The notes below the pieces were generated by a model that saw only the letters and a list, made by a program, of their open reading frames with translations, did no database searches and had not been told where the DNA came from. 64,000 nucleotides of DNA from Camelus dromedarius (Eukaryota), in the NCBI RefSeq assembly GCF_036321535.1, contig NC_087443.1, positions 72,788,001-72,852,000 of the forward strand, read 5' to 3'. How positions within the stretch are numbered: position 1 is the first letter of the stretch; each line of letters opens with the position of its first letter. The translations under genes were made by a program, and so were the position numbers. Positions 36,412 to 49,179 of the stretch are shown one piece after another.

Positions 36412-39400
36412 TTAAAGGGAGGGCAGTAGAGAAGCACTTAACCTACCGGATCCAATCCTAGCCAAGTATGTTGAGCAGATCTGGATGTGATAAATTATAA
36501 GAGGGCTGGAAATGTGACCAACTGCCAGAAAGCTGCCAGGTCTAGAAAGATTCCCCTGCAGGGTGGAGCCCCCAGCTGCTTTGGTTGGAATCAGAGGTTC
36601 AGGGTATCCTGTTGGCTTCCCTGGCTTAGCCCCAACTCTGAAGACATCTATGAGTCGTGTTTCCAGAATGGAAATTCGATTCCATGCCCCCTCTGGGAGG
36701 AACTGGCTGCTCTGAGCGTCTTCTTTCCTGGTAGCGGTCTCTTGGGGTGTGCCGTGGCCATTCCCAGTTCAGTTCCAGCTCCACGTAGATTCGGGTTTGT
36801 CTGCTGCTGGCCCTGATCTGCGAGGAAGGGTCTCAGCCTCCCACCCCGTGCTCCAGCCGCCTAGTTGAACTGGCCCTGACTCATCTAGAACCACGTGCAG
36901 TCACAGGCTGCCCTTTCAGAACCATACCCCGTTAAGAAGTCCTCGGAGGGCTTTCCGAGGCAACATGCTGACTGTGAGGAGCGGGGAGTTCGCTGGTCCC
37001 TGTTAATCGTTGCATTTTCTGAGCGGAGCTTCTTCCTGGGCAGGTGCTCAGGAGGGAAAATAAGTAAGCATCGGAGGTTCCAGTGTGGAATTTTTTAATC
37101 ATCTGAACATTGTTCTTGGCAAGGAATAACTGAAAACAAACAGCCATTATGGGTTACGTTTTTAGACCAGTTAGAAACAGAGGTTTCACCATCGTGGTAT
37201 TCTTTGATCATCCATCCGAGTCGCTTTTTGGTCTTTTTCCCAGTTATCTATCTTGTGCTGAGCAACTGAGGAGGATACCTGTTAGGCTCGGCATCAGTTA
37301 ATTACCTGTCAAAATGTCTGTTTTGAGCCTGGCTGTCAGAGGGAAGGGAAAGACTGTTCACAGAGAGCAGCGCTCCAGGCTGAGACAGAGCTTACGAGGT
37401 CTAGACAGTTATGAGATATGTGAGACTCTTAAAAAAGAAAGAAGGGAAGAAAGAAAAACATGTGTTTTGGGTTCTGTGCGCTTCTATTCTGTATTTGTGT
37501 AGCTGAAAAAGCTTTAGTTTAAAGTAAGTGGTATTTGGCAAGAAGTGGTGCTGCATGCTGACAAATTGATTGTGCTCGTCCACTCCGATAAAAATGAAAA
37601 TGCATGAGGCATTTTGCTTTTCTCCTCTCTTGATGATTAAAAGCATCTACTTGGCTCCATGCAGAGACAGCCCTTGAAGATTTATATGAGACACCTGTAT
37701 GACATCGATCACTGGCCTCCAGGCTGACAGAAGCCGCTACACTACACGGTGTTCAAAATGCCAGGTCCTGCGAGGAAAGTGTGAAAGGCTTGGCTGGGAG
37801 TCTCTGTGCCAGACCTCAACGGGACCCTAGGGTGAGGGTCTTTGAATTTTAATAAAGGCCTTCCCCTCCCTGTTCACACTGAGCCAGGGCTTTAGAGCAG
37901 CTGAGTGGCTAAGGAAGCCCTGCCGTGATGAATAAGACCAGACCCTCCCCTACCTGGGCCTCAGTTTCCCCATATGAGAGATGAGGGCATCACCCTGGCT
38001 TTCCTTCTGGTTTTCTGCGGGATCTGCCTCCCTGCTATTTCCAACAGGCCCTTCTGTTCTGACGTGATTGCTCGTGAAGAATGAGGGTGTCAGTGTTAGG
38101 AAGGGGCTCCTCCCTGTGTGGCAGATCCATGTGTTAACCTGACCCAGCACAAGGAGAAATTAGAATATAACCAACAGCTAGCAGATTGATGAGACAGGTC
38201 ATCCATCCCCTCGTTCATGCATTTGCTCATCAAGTAGGACTGTGCGCCAGGCTCTGTGCAGGGTGCTGGGGCGTGCAGGGGGCAAGGCAGCTGGGCCCTG
38301 CCTGCTCCAGGATGGGCCCAGCCCTGTTTGGACTCCCGTCCTGTTGGCTTAAGGACTTGTCTCCGTGTAGGTCCAAGCATAGGAATGTACTGTGAAGTTC
38401 AATTCCAACAGCCTATGAAAAGCCAAGCATTTACTTCTGGACACCCAGGACTTTTAAGATTTCTGCCTTCAAGGAGCAAGGGATTTGTTTTGACAAAGGA
38501 AGTGTAAACAGGATCCTGGTGAATAATATTTCTCATGGCTGCTCCTGCTTTAATCACTTGTATATTTATCAGTGATCTCATAAGTGTCCAGACTGTCCCA
38601 GGCTCTGCCGGGGACACACGGAATTTACAGCTCGGCTGGGGATGGAGGAGGGGAGGATGTGAAGGCCGACTCTGAGGGCAGCAGCGGAGGGAATGAGAGC
38701 ACATGTGTTACTGGGTCACAGGTGTGGTGCAGGCTGAGGGGCTGAAGGTGCTCTGGGGAGGGGGTTCTCCGCAGCACTCTGTGCTGGCCTGGCCCGAGGA
38801 GTGTGGCCACCCAGCTGATGTCCAGCTCCTGAGCTGCCACGGCTTTCCCAGGCCTTAGTTTCTAGAGGCTGGAGCTCCAGACTCGGTATGCAGAGCAGCC
38901 CTGGGCCCCTCCATGGAAAGGGACCAATAGGTCATGGGTACGCCGGGTTACCAGGGTGCCCCGCTCCCCTGTGGGCCCTGGAGCCTGCTGAATGGTGCCA
39001 CTGGTGGGACTCCATCCACCCCTCAGGGTTCCAGGTCCTTGCCTGCTGTGGATCCCAAGAAGCTAAACGATGCAAATGGTTGTTCTGTTTTCAGGAAGGG
39101 CTGAGTTCCAATCCCATGTCTACCTCTTGCTAGCTCTGGGCCCTTGTGCTAATGCCTTCTCAATGCCTCATTTTTTTGGCACCTGAAAAAGAGGCTGATC
39201 ATAGCACCTCTTTGGTAGGGCTGTTAGGATCACAAGAGACAAGCAAGTGCAGTGCCCTGCGTGGGGCCTGGTATACAGCAGGTGCCCCCTTCGTGTCAGC
39301 TGCTGTCATTCAGTTATTATTATGGCACATCAGGTGGCAAAGTGGGAAGGTCACTGGCCCCAAAGTCATCTCTTTCTGAAAACTAGCTTTGCTGAGCTCT

Positions 39401-42400
39401 GAAGATTCATGTCTAAAATCCCACCACCCCTAGGCTGTAACTCAGCTCAGCGAAGTCTGAATGGAGACTCCACCTTTCTCCGTTAGTTTCTGCGGAAGCA
39501 ACATGCCTCTCCCATTTCTCATCTGAAACGTGGGCACTGGGGGAACCCTGTGTGCCTGTGACTATGACATCTCTTCCCAAGTGTAGCCCCCTTGGGTGTG
39601 GGGCTGAGCTAAGCAAATGTGGCTTGAAGGTAGGAGTTGAATCACATTAAATTACAAAGACCTAGAGCCTGTGCCAGTGGGCCAAGCCCTGTTCCTCAGG
39701 GAGGCAGAGTTGCAGTGTGCCACGTGGCCCATTTTGTAGGAGCCGTGATGGGGCAGCTGGGGGAACTTGATGTTTATCAGAGAGGACTCCAGGAGCACAG
39801 AATTTGCCCTCGCTATCCCAAGGATAGGGATTAAGGGGCAGGTATTACAGAAAGACAGGCTTGGTCTCCAAATAAGAATGCCTTTTCACACAGTGTTGGT
39901 TGGTAAAGACTACTGGACACTTTGTAGGTGAAGTGCTTCGTGTCCCCAGGTTGGCTAAGCCCCTGATGGGGATCATGTCAAGAGGATGGGAGAGTGGTGG
40001 TGGGGTCTTTGGACCCTGAGACATCAGGACTTTGGGGACACCATCAATTGCCTCCGCCTTCCCAAGCATGCACTTCTCAAACTGCTTTCGGCCAGCACAG
40101 CTGTGAGCCTCGCTAGGCCCTGGCCGCCAGCCCAGGGAGAAGCGGGGCCGCGTCTGCATGGAGGCTGCTGTTTGCCTTGGCCCCTGCTGGCTCAGCCACT
40201 TCCTGGCCCTGCCCTCCTGTGGCTTTTGCTTCATTAGCTCATAGCTCCAGGTGAAGCCAGCCCTCAGGGCCCTGGACGGCAAGGTGGGCCAGGCCTCCGA
40301 GGCTTTAGAGCCTCCCTGCTCTTCTCCCCAGTAGGCCAGGGCAGCCCGCAGTCAGGGTGCGTCAGGCACTGTCGCCAAGGTTAAACCGGAAAAGCACTCG
40401 AGAAAAGACTGGGGCATGGAGAGGCGGCGTCATGATCCCGGCAGCAAACCAGCAGGGCTGCGACGGCAGCCGGGTCCCGGCCTCCAGGAAATGCTGTCCT
40501 TAAGTTCATGCTCATTCTGGCCCCAGTGCAGGTGCGGGAGGGGAGGCAGCTGGGTGGGTTTAAAAAAACCTCACCGGATCGTGAACTCCACTTGGGGATC
40601 TGATGCTGGAGAAAGGCTGTGCTCTCTGCTGTCTCCATCCCCACCAGGCTCCTGCCTACGGACTTACCAAACTGGGAGGCAAGGACATTGACGCTCCCCT
40701 AATTCATTAGCTTCATTTTGTAAAAGGGAAAACCAAGGTCCTGAGAGGAGGATGACAGGTCTGAGGTCACACGGGAGTCGGAGGAGAAGCAGGGGGCCAA
40801 GTCCAGCCCCCTCGCCCCAGCTCAGGGGCCCTGGCTGAGCAATCCAGACGGCGGTTAAGTCAGGCAGGGCCCGCGTTCAGGCCCGCCTTGCTTCTGGGGT
40901 CTCTGGGCCCACCACAGCAGCAGCTCTGAGTGCAGCAGACAGCCTTGCCTCAGCCCAGGCACCCAGAGCCTCACGGGTTCTTTTGTTAACCTCAGATGGA
41001 AGCCTTGCTGGGAACAACTCTTTCTTATCCAGTTGTTTCAGGCAGAGGCAACTTCATTTCTGACAGATTAGCCACCGAAGGGGGATGGTGTCGAGGGAGT
41101 GTGGGCCTGAGATTTCTACTCCCCAGCGGGGAAGCTTATGGCTTCCACTTCACATTGGTTTGTTCATTTGTTTTGTTTTCTGTTCGTTTTGCATATACAC
41201 CTGCTCTCTTGCTCCGGCCAGGCACCACTCCAGGTCCTGGGGATAACATGGGTGAACTAGACCTTGGAATCTCATGGGGAGCTTTAAAAACCTACTGATG
41301 CCATCCCAGGGACTTGATACGGTTGGCCTGGGTGTGGCCTGTGTATTTTAGCTTCTAAAGTTGCCTGTATCTATATGGAAACTTCTTTTCTAGGAAAGAG
41401 AAAAGCTCGTAGAAAGGATGTGGCTCTGAGAGGCTGGGGGTGAGAGAGTACGAGTGAGGGAAGGCCCCAGGTCAGCAGGAAGGGAGCAGCATTCAGTGTC
41501 ACTGGGCTGTCCCAGGTGCCAGCACCACAGCGGGCCTGGTCGCAGCTCCCAGAAGTTTCCGCTGCAGGCCCGGCAGGTGAAACACTGGGTTCTTAGTGAC
41601 TGCATGTTACCCGGGCCCTGCACCCCAAGGGGGACATGTCTGGTGGTCAGAGCTCTTTTGCTTACCAGGGCCTTCCTAATCTCAGTGATTTTGTAGGTGC
41701 AAGTTTAAAATAGTTGTTTCCCCCTCATTTGCGAAAATACTGAAAATCTAGAGGAAGTAGACCCAGCCACAGCTCACATACATCAGTTGTCTCCTTTTTG
41801 CCGGACATCTTCAAGAGCCTCCACTGCTGATGAGGCAGGTGTCTTTCCTGCTGGCGCCTCGTGGTTGTCACGCTCTCTCTGTGTTAGCACGGAAGGCCGG
41901 CATGTCATCAGAGTGACCGGCTTTCAGCACAGGAGAGGGTGCTGGTGGTTAGAGCCCGGTGGTTCGGACCTCTCATTTAGAGATGACCAGTAAAAGAGCC
42001 AGGCCTGGAACCCAGGGCCCAGTTCTGTCCCCAGCACTCCAACATGCCAGGCCAGCCACTGAGGCACAGTGTCCGTGTCTCCCTGGCCGTTCCCCGGGCC
42101 CACCCCTGCATTTACCCACTCAATCCTCATGCCATTCTCCCTGCAAGGGAGTATCAAAATTTGTAGCTATTCTTGGCCATGAGGTTAAGGGAGAAGTCAA
42201 ACCTGACTCTGGGCATCATTGTCCAGAGGGCCCCGTGGTGACAGCATAGGCTTGGCATCCAGCCCAGCTCAGCCCTCCGCCCTTTCCCAGACTCCAGGTC
42301 CCTCCTGGGCTTTGACTGCACCCAGTAAATTCAGGTCAGAGAACTGAACCCTTGCAAACAGGTGGGCTGGAAGGGGCTGCTGCACTGGGCCCCCAACAAG

Positions 42401-44221
42401 CACACTTCAACCCACCTCCCTGCTTCCTCTCACAAATTCACAGACCAGACCCTCCCTCCCAACTCTGCACCCCATCTTCCCTCCCTTCCCTGACCTGGCA
42501 GCCCAGGCCCAAACGCCCTACAACTTAGTGGTTTTCACATGTGACTTGTCTAGGTATCTCCACCCTTTGTAAGACCCAGACTTAATAGTTTTGAGCCTAC
42601 AAAGACATGTGACAAGTACAAGACATTCAGTAAAACTCGAGACCAGAATGAGGGCGACAAAAGGCACAGGAAGATGGGGCTTGGTTTGGGTGTGTTTGTG
42701 TAATTGCCATATGTCATTTTTATTCACATGAAAACATCTTTCTTGAAGCAATATGAACCCACTCAGCTGTTGCTAACCAAATACCAAATGTTTCCGTTTT
42801 CCTCTCCTGCTCCTTCCAAGAGGCGGGCTGTGAAGAATTGCTGTTACCCGTGATGCTATCTTGCCTTTCAAACGTCAGAGAGCCTTTTCCTCAGAGCAAA
42901 TGCCTGATTGTTTTTTCCAGCTTTGGCAGGAATTTTTAAGAGAAAGCTGTGCTCAAGTCACTTTTCGGTTTATAGTTTTAGACCTGGAGTGCGGCAAAGT
43001 GAGCGGCTCATGGCCTCTGTCTAATCCAGTCTCCTCAAGTGGAATCAGTTTCCCTAAATTGCTTCAGGACCTATCAGGACCTCCCCCCCCATCCCCCTAC
43101 ACGCCAAGAAAAAACAAAAAACCAAAACCTGGTACTTTGGTAAAATGATGTTAAATAAAATAAAATGAAACAAAACAGAACAAAAGAAACCTTTAGTTGG
43201 TAGAGAGATGGCTCCAGGAATCAGGAATCACTTTGGGGCACCTCCCACCCTCTCCTGCACAATAAACATGTGGTTTCATTTCCAAGCGCTCCGGTGTGAG
43301 CGTTTTCATTTCCTCAGGAAGCTGCCTTTCTTGCTCTTACTTCTGAAATGGAACGTGCATTTTCATTGGCCCAAGTTCAAGGAGTGCCTGGGGCAACAAT
43401 GAAAATGGTCCCAAGCAGGTTCTGGTCGCCAACACCCCCTCCCTGCCAGCAGTGACTTCTCCTTGCTCCTCTTCCACTGGGGATTGACGCCAAATCGCCA
43501 AATTTCCAAATCGGGTGGGGTGGCAGCCTCCCTTGCTTGGGTTTGTAGCCATCTGAGGGGAGCCGTGCTGTCCTTGCTGCTTGGGTTCTGGCCTTCAGTT
43601 GGGAAAATCTGGTTACCCTCCAAAGCCTCCACATACCACAGACTCTTAATTAAGAAAGTATGTTCCCATTTCATGTCACTCGAAAAGAATGAAAACAGTG
43701 ACAGCATTTATTTATCTTCAATATCAATATCATTCCTGTTTCTAAGTCCACTGGGGGTTATGAGTCTTGAAGGAATTGACTGTGGGTTATGAGATTTTAA
43801 CCCTGGCCATGTGCTGTGGGGACACACGTGGCTTCTCTCCGAGAGGGAGGCTCGGAGCCAGGGAGAGGAGGGCCGCAGAGCCCTGGCCCCTGCCCTCCCA
43901 GAGCTTGGAGTCAATGGCTCATGCCGGGAGAGGCGGCTTTTGCTTTGCTGTCTTTGGTGCTGATGAGGAGCTGACTCCCTTTCACTGGCTACTTCCCAGT
44001 TCCTTTCTGAGTCTTCAGAGAAGTAAAAGTCACCATTTCTTGAACCTTGCAGGGGAGGTATGATGTCTGAATGGCTACTGTTTGCGTAGGACCTGCTCTG
44101 GGCTAAGCCTGGGCTGGGTGCTCAGGTGGTTGCAGATCCTTGCGGCCACCGGCTCACTCTGATCTGTGTGATGCGTGAGGAGCTGGGCCTCAGGTTAAGG
44201 GACATGCCCAAGGCTAGGTAG

Positions 44222-44533
44222 CATGTTAGTCCATTTGAGCTGCTACAACAGAATGCCACAGACGGGGTAGATTATAAACAATAGAAATTTATTTCTCAGT
44301 TCTGGAGGCTGGGAAGTCCAGGTACTGGTTCATAAACGACCGTCTTCTCCCTGGCAGCAAGGGTGAGGGAGCTCTCAGGGGATGTTTGTTATAAGGGCAC
44401 TAATCCCATTTTTAGAGGCCCCACCCTCATGACTTAACCACCTCACAGGCCTCATCTCCTAGTACTATCACATTGGGCATTAGCTTTCTACATATGAATT
44501 TGGAGGGGAGGACACAGACGTTTAATCTATAGC
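44222..44533 (-). mobile_element. MLT1A-like solo LTR
   Basis: TGTTAGTCCATTTGAGCTGCTACAACAGAATGCCACAGAC...ATAAGGGCACTAATCCCATT...ATGAATTTGGAGGGGAGGACACAGAC. Confidence 0.85.
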
Positions 44534-44929
44534 AGGGGCCTTCCCAGTGGGCCTGTGGTATGGGTACTGTCAATGGCGTATTATGAAAACAGGCTGGGAG
44601 ACAGAGGAGGCGCTCAGCCAACACCCAGACATCACAAGGGGCCCCTTGTCTTAGTGCACTCTCTGTTGCTCGACAACTTGGTGTCATGTTCGACTTTTGA
44701 GGTAGACTTGGCTTTGCATAGAGACTTCAGAACATGCATGTTGCATACTTGTGTGTGTGTGCCAGCATGCTTGCACGGGTACTCTCAGGAAGTTACCTTC
44801 ATTACCAAGTAAATTTACTTGCTGACCCCCTCAGTTAACCCTCTGCTCCGATTCCTGTCCCTTTGTGCCTCACCTCCCACCCACAAGCAACCTATCACTT
44901 TCCATCTGTTTTATTTCAGCCATTAGCTC

Positions 44930-45490
44930 TTTTTTAAATTGAAGTGTATTTGTTTACAATATTGTGTAAGTTTCAGGTGTACAGCAAAGTGATTCAGTTA
45001 TATATATTTTTTCAGATTATATTCCATTATAGGTTATTATAAGATATTGAATATACCTCCCTGTGCTATATAGTAAATCCTTGTTGCTTGTCTATTTTGG
45101 GGCGGGGTGGGGTTTAATTCGGTTTATTTATTTATTTAATTTTTTTCAGTGGAGGTGCTGGGGACTGCACTTAGGACCTCGTGCGTGCTAAGCATGTGCT
45201 CTACCACTGAGCTATAATACGCCTTCCCCCTGCTTATCTATTTTATGTATAGTAGTTTGCATCTGTTAATCCCATCCTCCTAATTTGTCTGTCCTTCCCT
45301 CCCTCTCCTCTTTAGTAACCATAAGTTTGTCTGTGAGTCTGTTTCAGTTTTGTATAGACATCCATTTGTATATTTTAGATTCCACATATAAGTGATATCA
45401 CATAGTATTTGGCTTTGATTTACTTTACTAAGTATAATAATCTCTAGGTCCATCCATGTTGCTGCAAATAGCAATGTTTCCATCTTTTTT
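44930..45490 (-). mobile_element. L1 3' UTR fragment, interrupted by SINE copy 6
   Basis: Typical antisense L1 3' end: TTAAATTGAAGTGTATT...TTTCAGGTGTACAGCAAAGTGATTCAGTTATA...AGATTCCACATATAAGTGATATC...TCTAGGTCCATCCATGTTGCTGCAAAT. Confidence 0.85.
45099..45230 (-). mobile_element. tRNA-Ala-derived SINE, copy 6, nested in an L1 3' end
   Basis: Reverse-complement head; 14-nt TSD TGCTTGTCTATTTT (45085-45098) / TGCTTATCTATTTT (45231-45244). Confidence 0.9.
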
Positions 45491-45494
45491 TTAA

Positions 45495-46085
45495 GAAGCC
45501 ATTCTCTTTTTAGAAAATTATTATGGTAGGAACATTTAACATGAGATCTACCCTCTTAATAAAACTTTGGGTGCACAATACGGTATTGTGAACTTTAGGC
45601 ACAGTGCTGGACAGCAGCTCTGTAGAACTTAATCATCTTGAGCAACTGAAACTCTGTACCCACGAAGCAGCGGCTCCCCATTGCCCCCTCCCCCAGTCCC
45701 TGGNNNNNNNNNNNNNNNNNNNNNNNNNNNNNNNNNNNNNNNNNNNNNNNNNNNNNNNNNNNNNNNNNNNNNNNNNNNNNNNNNNNNNNNNNNNNNNNNN
45801 NNNNNNNNNNNNNNNNNNNNNNNNNNNNNNNNNNNNNCACATGTGGCAGGATTCCCTTCCTTTTTAAGACTGAATAATATTCCACTGTATGTATATACCA
45901 CATTTAAAAAATCCATTCATCGGTCGATGAACATTTAGGTGGTTTCCACATCTGTTATGAATAGTGCAGCAATGAACATGGGAGTGCAAGTTCCTCTGTG
46001 AAATACTGATTGTAATTGTTTTGGATAAATACCCAGCAGTGGGATGGCTGGATCGTAGTAATTTTTTGAGGAACCTCCATACACT
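45495..46085 (-). mobile_element. Older L1 (L1MA9-like) 3' end spanning the gap
   Basis: AACATGAGATCTACCCTCTTAA...GAATAATATTCCACTGTATGTATATACCACATTT...GGATAAATACCCAG...TTTTTGAGGAACCTCCATAC. Confidence 0.82.
45704..45837. other. Assembly gap (134 N) within an L1 fragment
   Basis: Run of N in the sequence. Confidence 1.
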
Positions 46086-48606
46086 TTAAGCTGTTCTTAA
46101 AGTCTCCTTGTAGTGGCCACAGACCTAGCCCTGAATCCTCGCCCTAACACACTTGTCCCTGCTTCGCTAAGCCCTCTTGGTTTCTCACCTGGGGATTAAT
46201 CCCCACTGTGACTTCTCCCAGCCCCTCTCTTCAGCCTCTGGCCCTGTTTCTCTGGCTTTGACCTTCTTCTTCCCCAGCACTCAGCCTCTCCCCTGCCGGC
46301 AGTTGGCATTGCCTTGGGGGACCCTGTCACTCCTGTTCCCACGCTCCAGTGAGCCCTCCCACGGGCAACAGCCCTGAAACTAACCCAACCTCACGAGAGC
46401 AGTGTGTGTGCCCTCAGCCCAGACACCTCCCTAGACATTCCCAGGCGTCTTGCATATTCAGCTTTGTTCGATGCTGCCCTGCCCAGCCCTGTCTGTGAAT
46501 GTGCCTCCCTCCTGCCTGGGCTAGTAAGTAAACTGCTCTGACGAAGAAAAAGACGAAGCCTGTGGAACCTGTCTTCTGTAAGGGTTGCACCCAACAGGGT
46601 TCGGAATGCAGTGCCCAGAAAGGGCTCAGCCAGTGTCTGTGAACTTGCTGTGGGGAGAGGCGGCTCTGTCTGAGGCACGGCTGGAGTTCGGTGTGCTGCA
46701 GGAAGGAGTGGCAGTCCTGTCTTCCTGGGCCAGCTGTGGGCATGTTTGGGAGGTGTCAAGCCCTTGAAGAAACAAACAACACATGTGGTTTTCTTAAGGC
46801 CAGTTCAGTTTGGCTTCCCACCAAAGCAGGATCGCAACCGCAGGGGCTGTGCCCTCTCTGCCCAAAGGCTGGGGCTTGAACCACAGGGCAGGAATGGCTC
46901 CCACACCAGTGACCTCCTCCATAAATGCCTCGGGCACCCTGTTCCTACCCCGTTTTTGTCCACCTGTCCACGGGCTGCACTCAAATCACTTGTGCTCCGA
47001 CATCATTGATGCCCGGGTGGGACAGTGAGTCCATTCCAGTCTCCTTGGCCTTAGAGTCCAGCCCTTTCCTGTCTGAGCCCAGCCTGCCTTTCCAGCACAT
47101 CTCCCCCCACTCTTCTGGGGCAGTCTGCCCTTTGATCAAGGGCACTATAAGTTCAGAGCTTGTAATGAGCTTTCTGGACCCCCTTTTCCATCACCTTCCT
47201 CTGGATATGCTGCAGTTTGCCCTGTCCACCAAACCGATATTACTGTGGCCGAGGTTAGATGTCACATCACAAAGACCACACCCTATTCTTGGTCTCAGCT
47301 GACGGCCAGCTATTCACTCCAAGCCTGTTCCTGGATCCTTACCTTGCCAGTGGGTATAGGTATGTCTCCGCCCGCCCACTCATCCGCACCCTCTTCAGGT
47401 GTTGAATTCAATACGAGAATCTGAAAATTGAAGGAAATTTCTAGTATCAAAAAGCAGAAGACCTTGGAAGAGAGTTTGTTGAATGAATGAATGAAGGACC
47501 CAAAGGAATGAGGCTGGAATGATTAGATGATTGGTGAATACTTTGGGAGCAGGGAGCCTGATGCTCTAATACCTTACATAGTGACAGGCTCTTCCTGGCT
47601 TGGAGGGAAAGACCAATGAGGCATGTGGCCAAAAGCAGGATTTTCATGTTCAGAAGAGCTGGTGTGTATGTGTGTGTGGACTGTGCAGGTGTGCACAGCA
47701 TCCCGGGGTCCTCCTACCCTGAGAGAGAGAGATTCAGAGCAGAGAGAAAGGACTCTGCCCCTCTGTCCTAGGTCCTCCTTCCCACCAGCCCCAAGAGGAC
47801 ACCTTTGGGAGAAGGGCTGCGGGCAGGGCCCCTCTGAGCTGGATTTCAACCACGTGGCTGGCTTCTGTAGACACTGGTCAGAAAGGGTCCACTCTGAAGA
47901 TGTTACAGAGTTCTTATGCTTCCAATTTCAGTATCGTCTAACTTTCCAGAAGCGACCTGCCCCTAGGACTTGACGCGTCAGGATCTTTGACCTGCACCTT
48001 CTCCTGTCAGTTTGATCAATCCCCGAGTTAGTATTTGTCTTTCTGCGGCCTCGTTCTCCATTTCTAAAGGAACTGCAGGCTTTGCGCTTGGATTCTGGTG
48101 GTGGTGCTTCCTCAGAAGAGAGGCCCATTTATCTTTATTTAAAGCTGAGAAAAGAATCCGAATACATGATTACTGGTCCTTTTTTTTCTTCCTGGGCTTC
48201 CAGTGTGTGGCTTTCTTGCCTGGGATTTTCTGTACAGCTGGGAGAGGCATGGAACTGAGGTGCTGACAGCTTGTGTTGGAATCACATGGTGTTTACTGTG
48301 CTGTGAGTTTATAACGGCCTTGTTTCCATACTGACAGCACACGCCATATGGAGAGAAAAAATACCATCAGATGAACCCTTGAGGAATCACAGTATGGGAC
48401 GTGAAATCTCATAATTGCTTTTGGAAGTTGGGGAGGGCCCCTTGTTCAAATCACATCAGCAGTGTGGCGCTCTCTGCCGTAATTGAATAAAACTGGGGTT
48501 TGACACGAGGTAATTGACTTTGTTCTGTGTTTGTGCTGGGGAGGCTCAGCTGATTGGGAGAGGACGGGGAAGTTTGTTTTCCTCACCTTGGGGGGTCAGG
48601 TTGAGT

Positions 48607-48678
48607 GGGTGCAACGAGAACGCAGGCGGTGTCTGTAGGGCATCGTGCTAACAGGTGTGGGCTACAGACCTGTCACCC
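48607..48678 (+). ncRNA. Hairpin resembling human MIR4681 (putative orthologous locus; expression unknown)
   Basis: GCAACGAGAACGCAGGCGGTGTCTGTAGGGCATCGTGCTAACAGGTGTGGGCTACAGACCTGTCACC resembles hsa-mir-4681 as I recall it, an intronic GRK5 miRNA. Perfect 8-bp stem GTCTGTAG (48631-48638) / CTACAGAC (48662-48669). Confidence 0.55.
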
Positions 48679-49179
48679 TCTGGGCTCCCTCCTCCCCAGA
48701 CTCCCTACAGTGGGTGATGATAACACTCATCTCACTTGACATTTTGTCACTGTCACTTGGGATCTTGTCTGCTCACTCACACACCCACCCCCTTTCCAAC
48801 AGAATCCAAGATCCCTGAGGGCTGGGACCACATTCCATTCCCCCCCAACCCCCGACCGCCACTGATCCTGGCACAAGTCAGTGGGTTAAATGTTTGCTGG
48901 AGTGGCTATTCCCGAACCATCTGTGCATGGAAAGGTAGGCTGAGTTAAGACAACGGTTCAAGGCTAGTTTCAGCCCCCAGACCCCTTGAGTAGGGGGCCA
49001 AGGGGAGACTTGCAAGATGGCTCATCCACTCTCATCCAAGTATCCGCTCAAGACAGAATGAGAAGTTTGTGAGTGCCTTCTGATACACAGTGTACTTAGA
49101 ACTGGCAGATTCCTGCAAAAACAGGCCTTGCCCTCAGGCAGTTTACCCGAAGGAAGTGGGCTGTAAAACTCTGCAGCCC

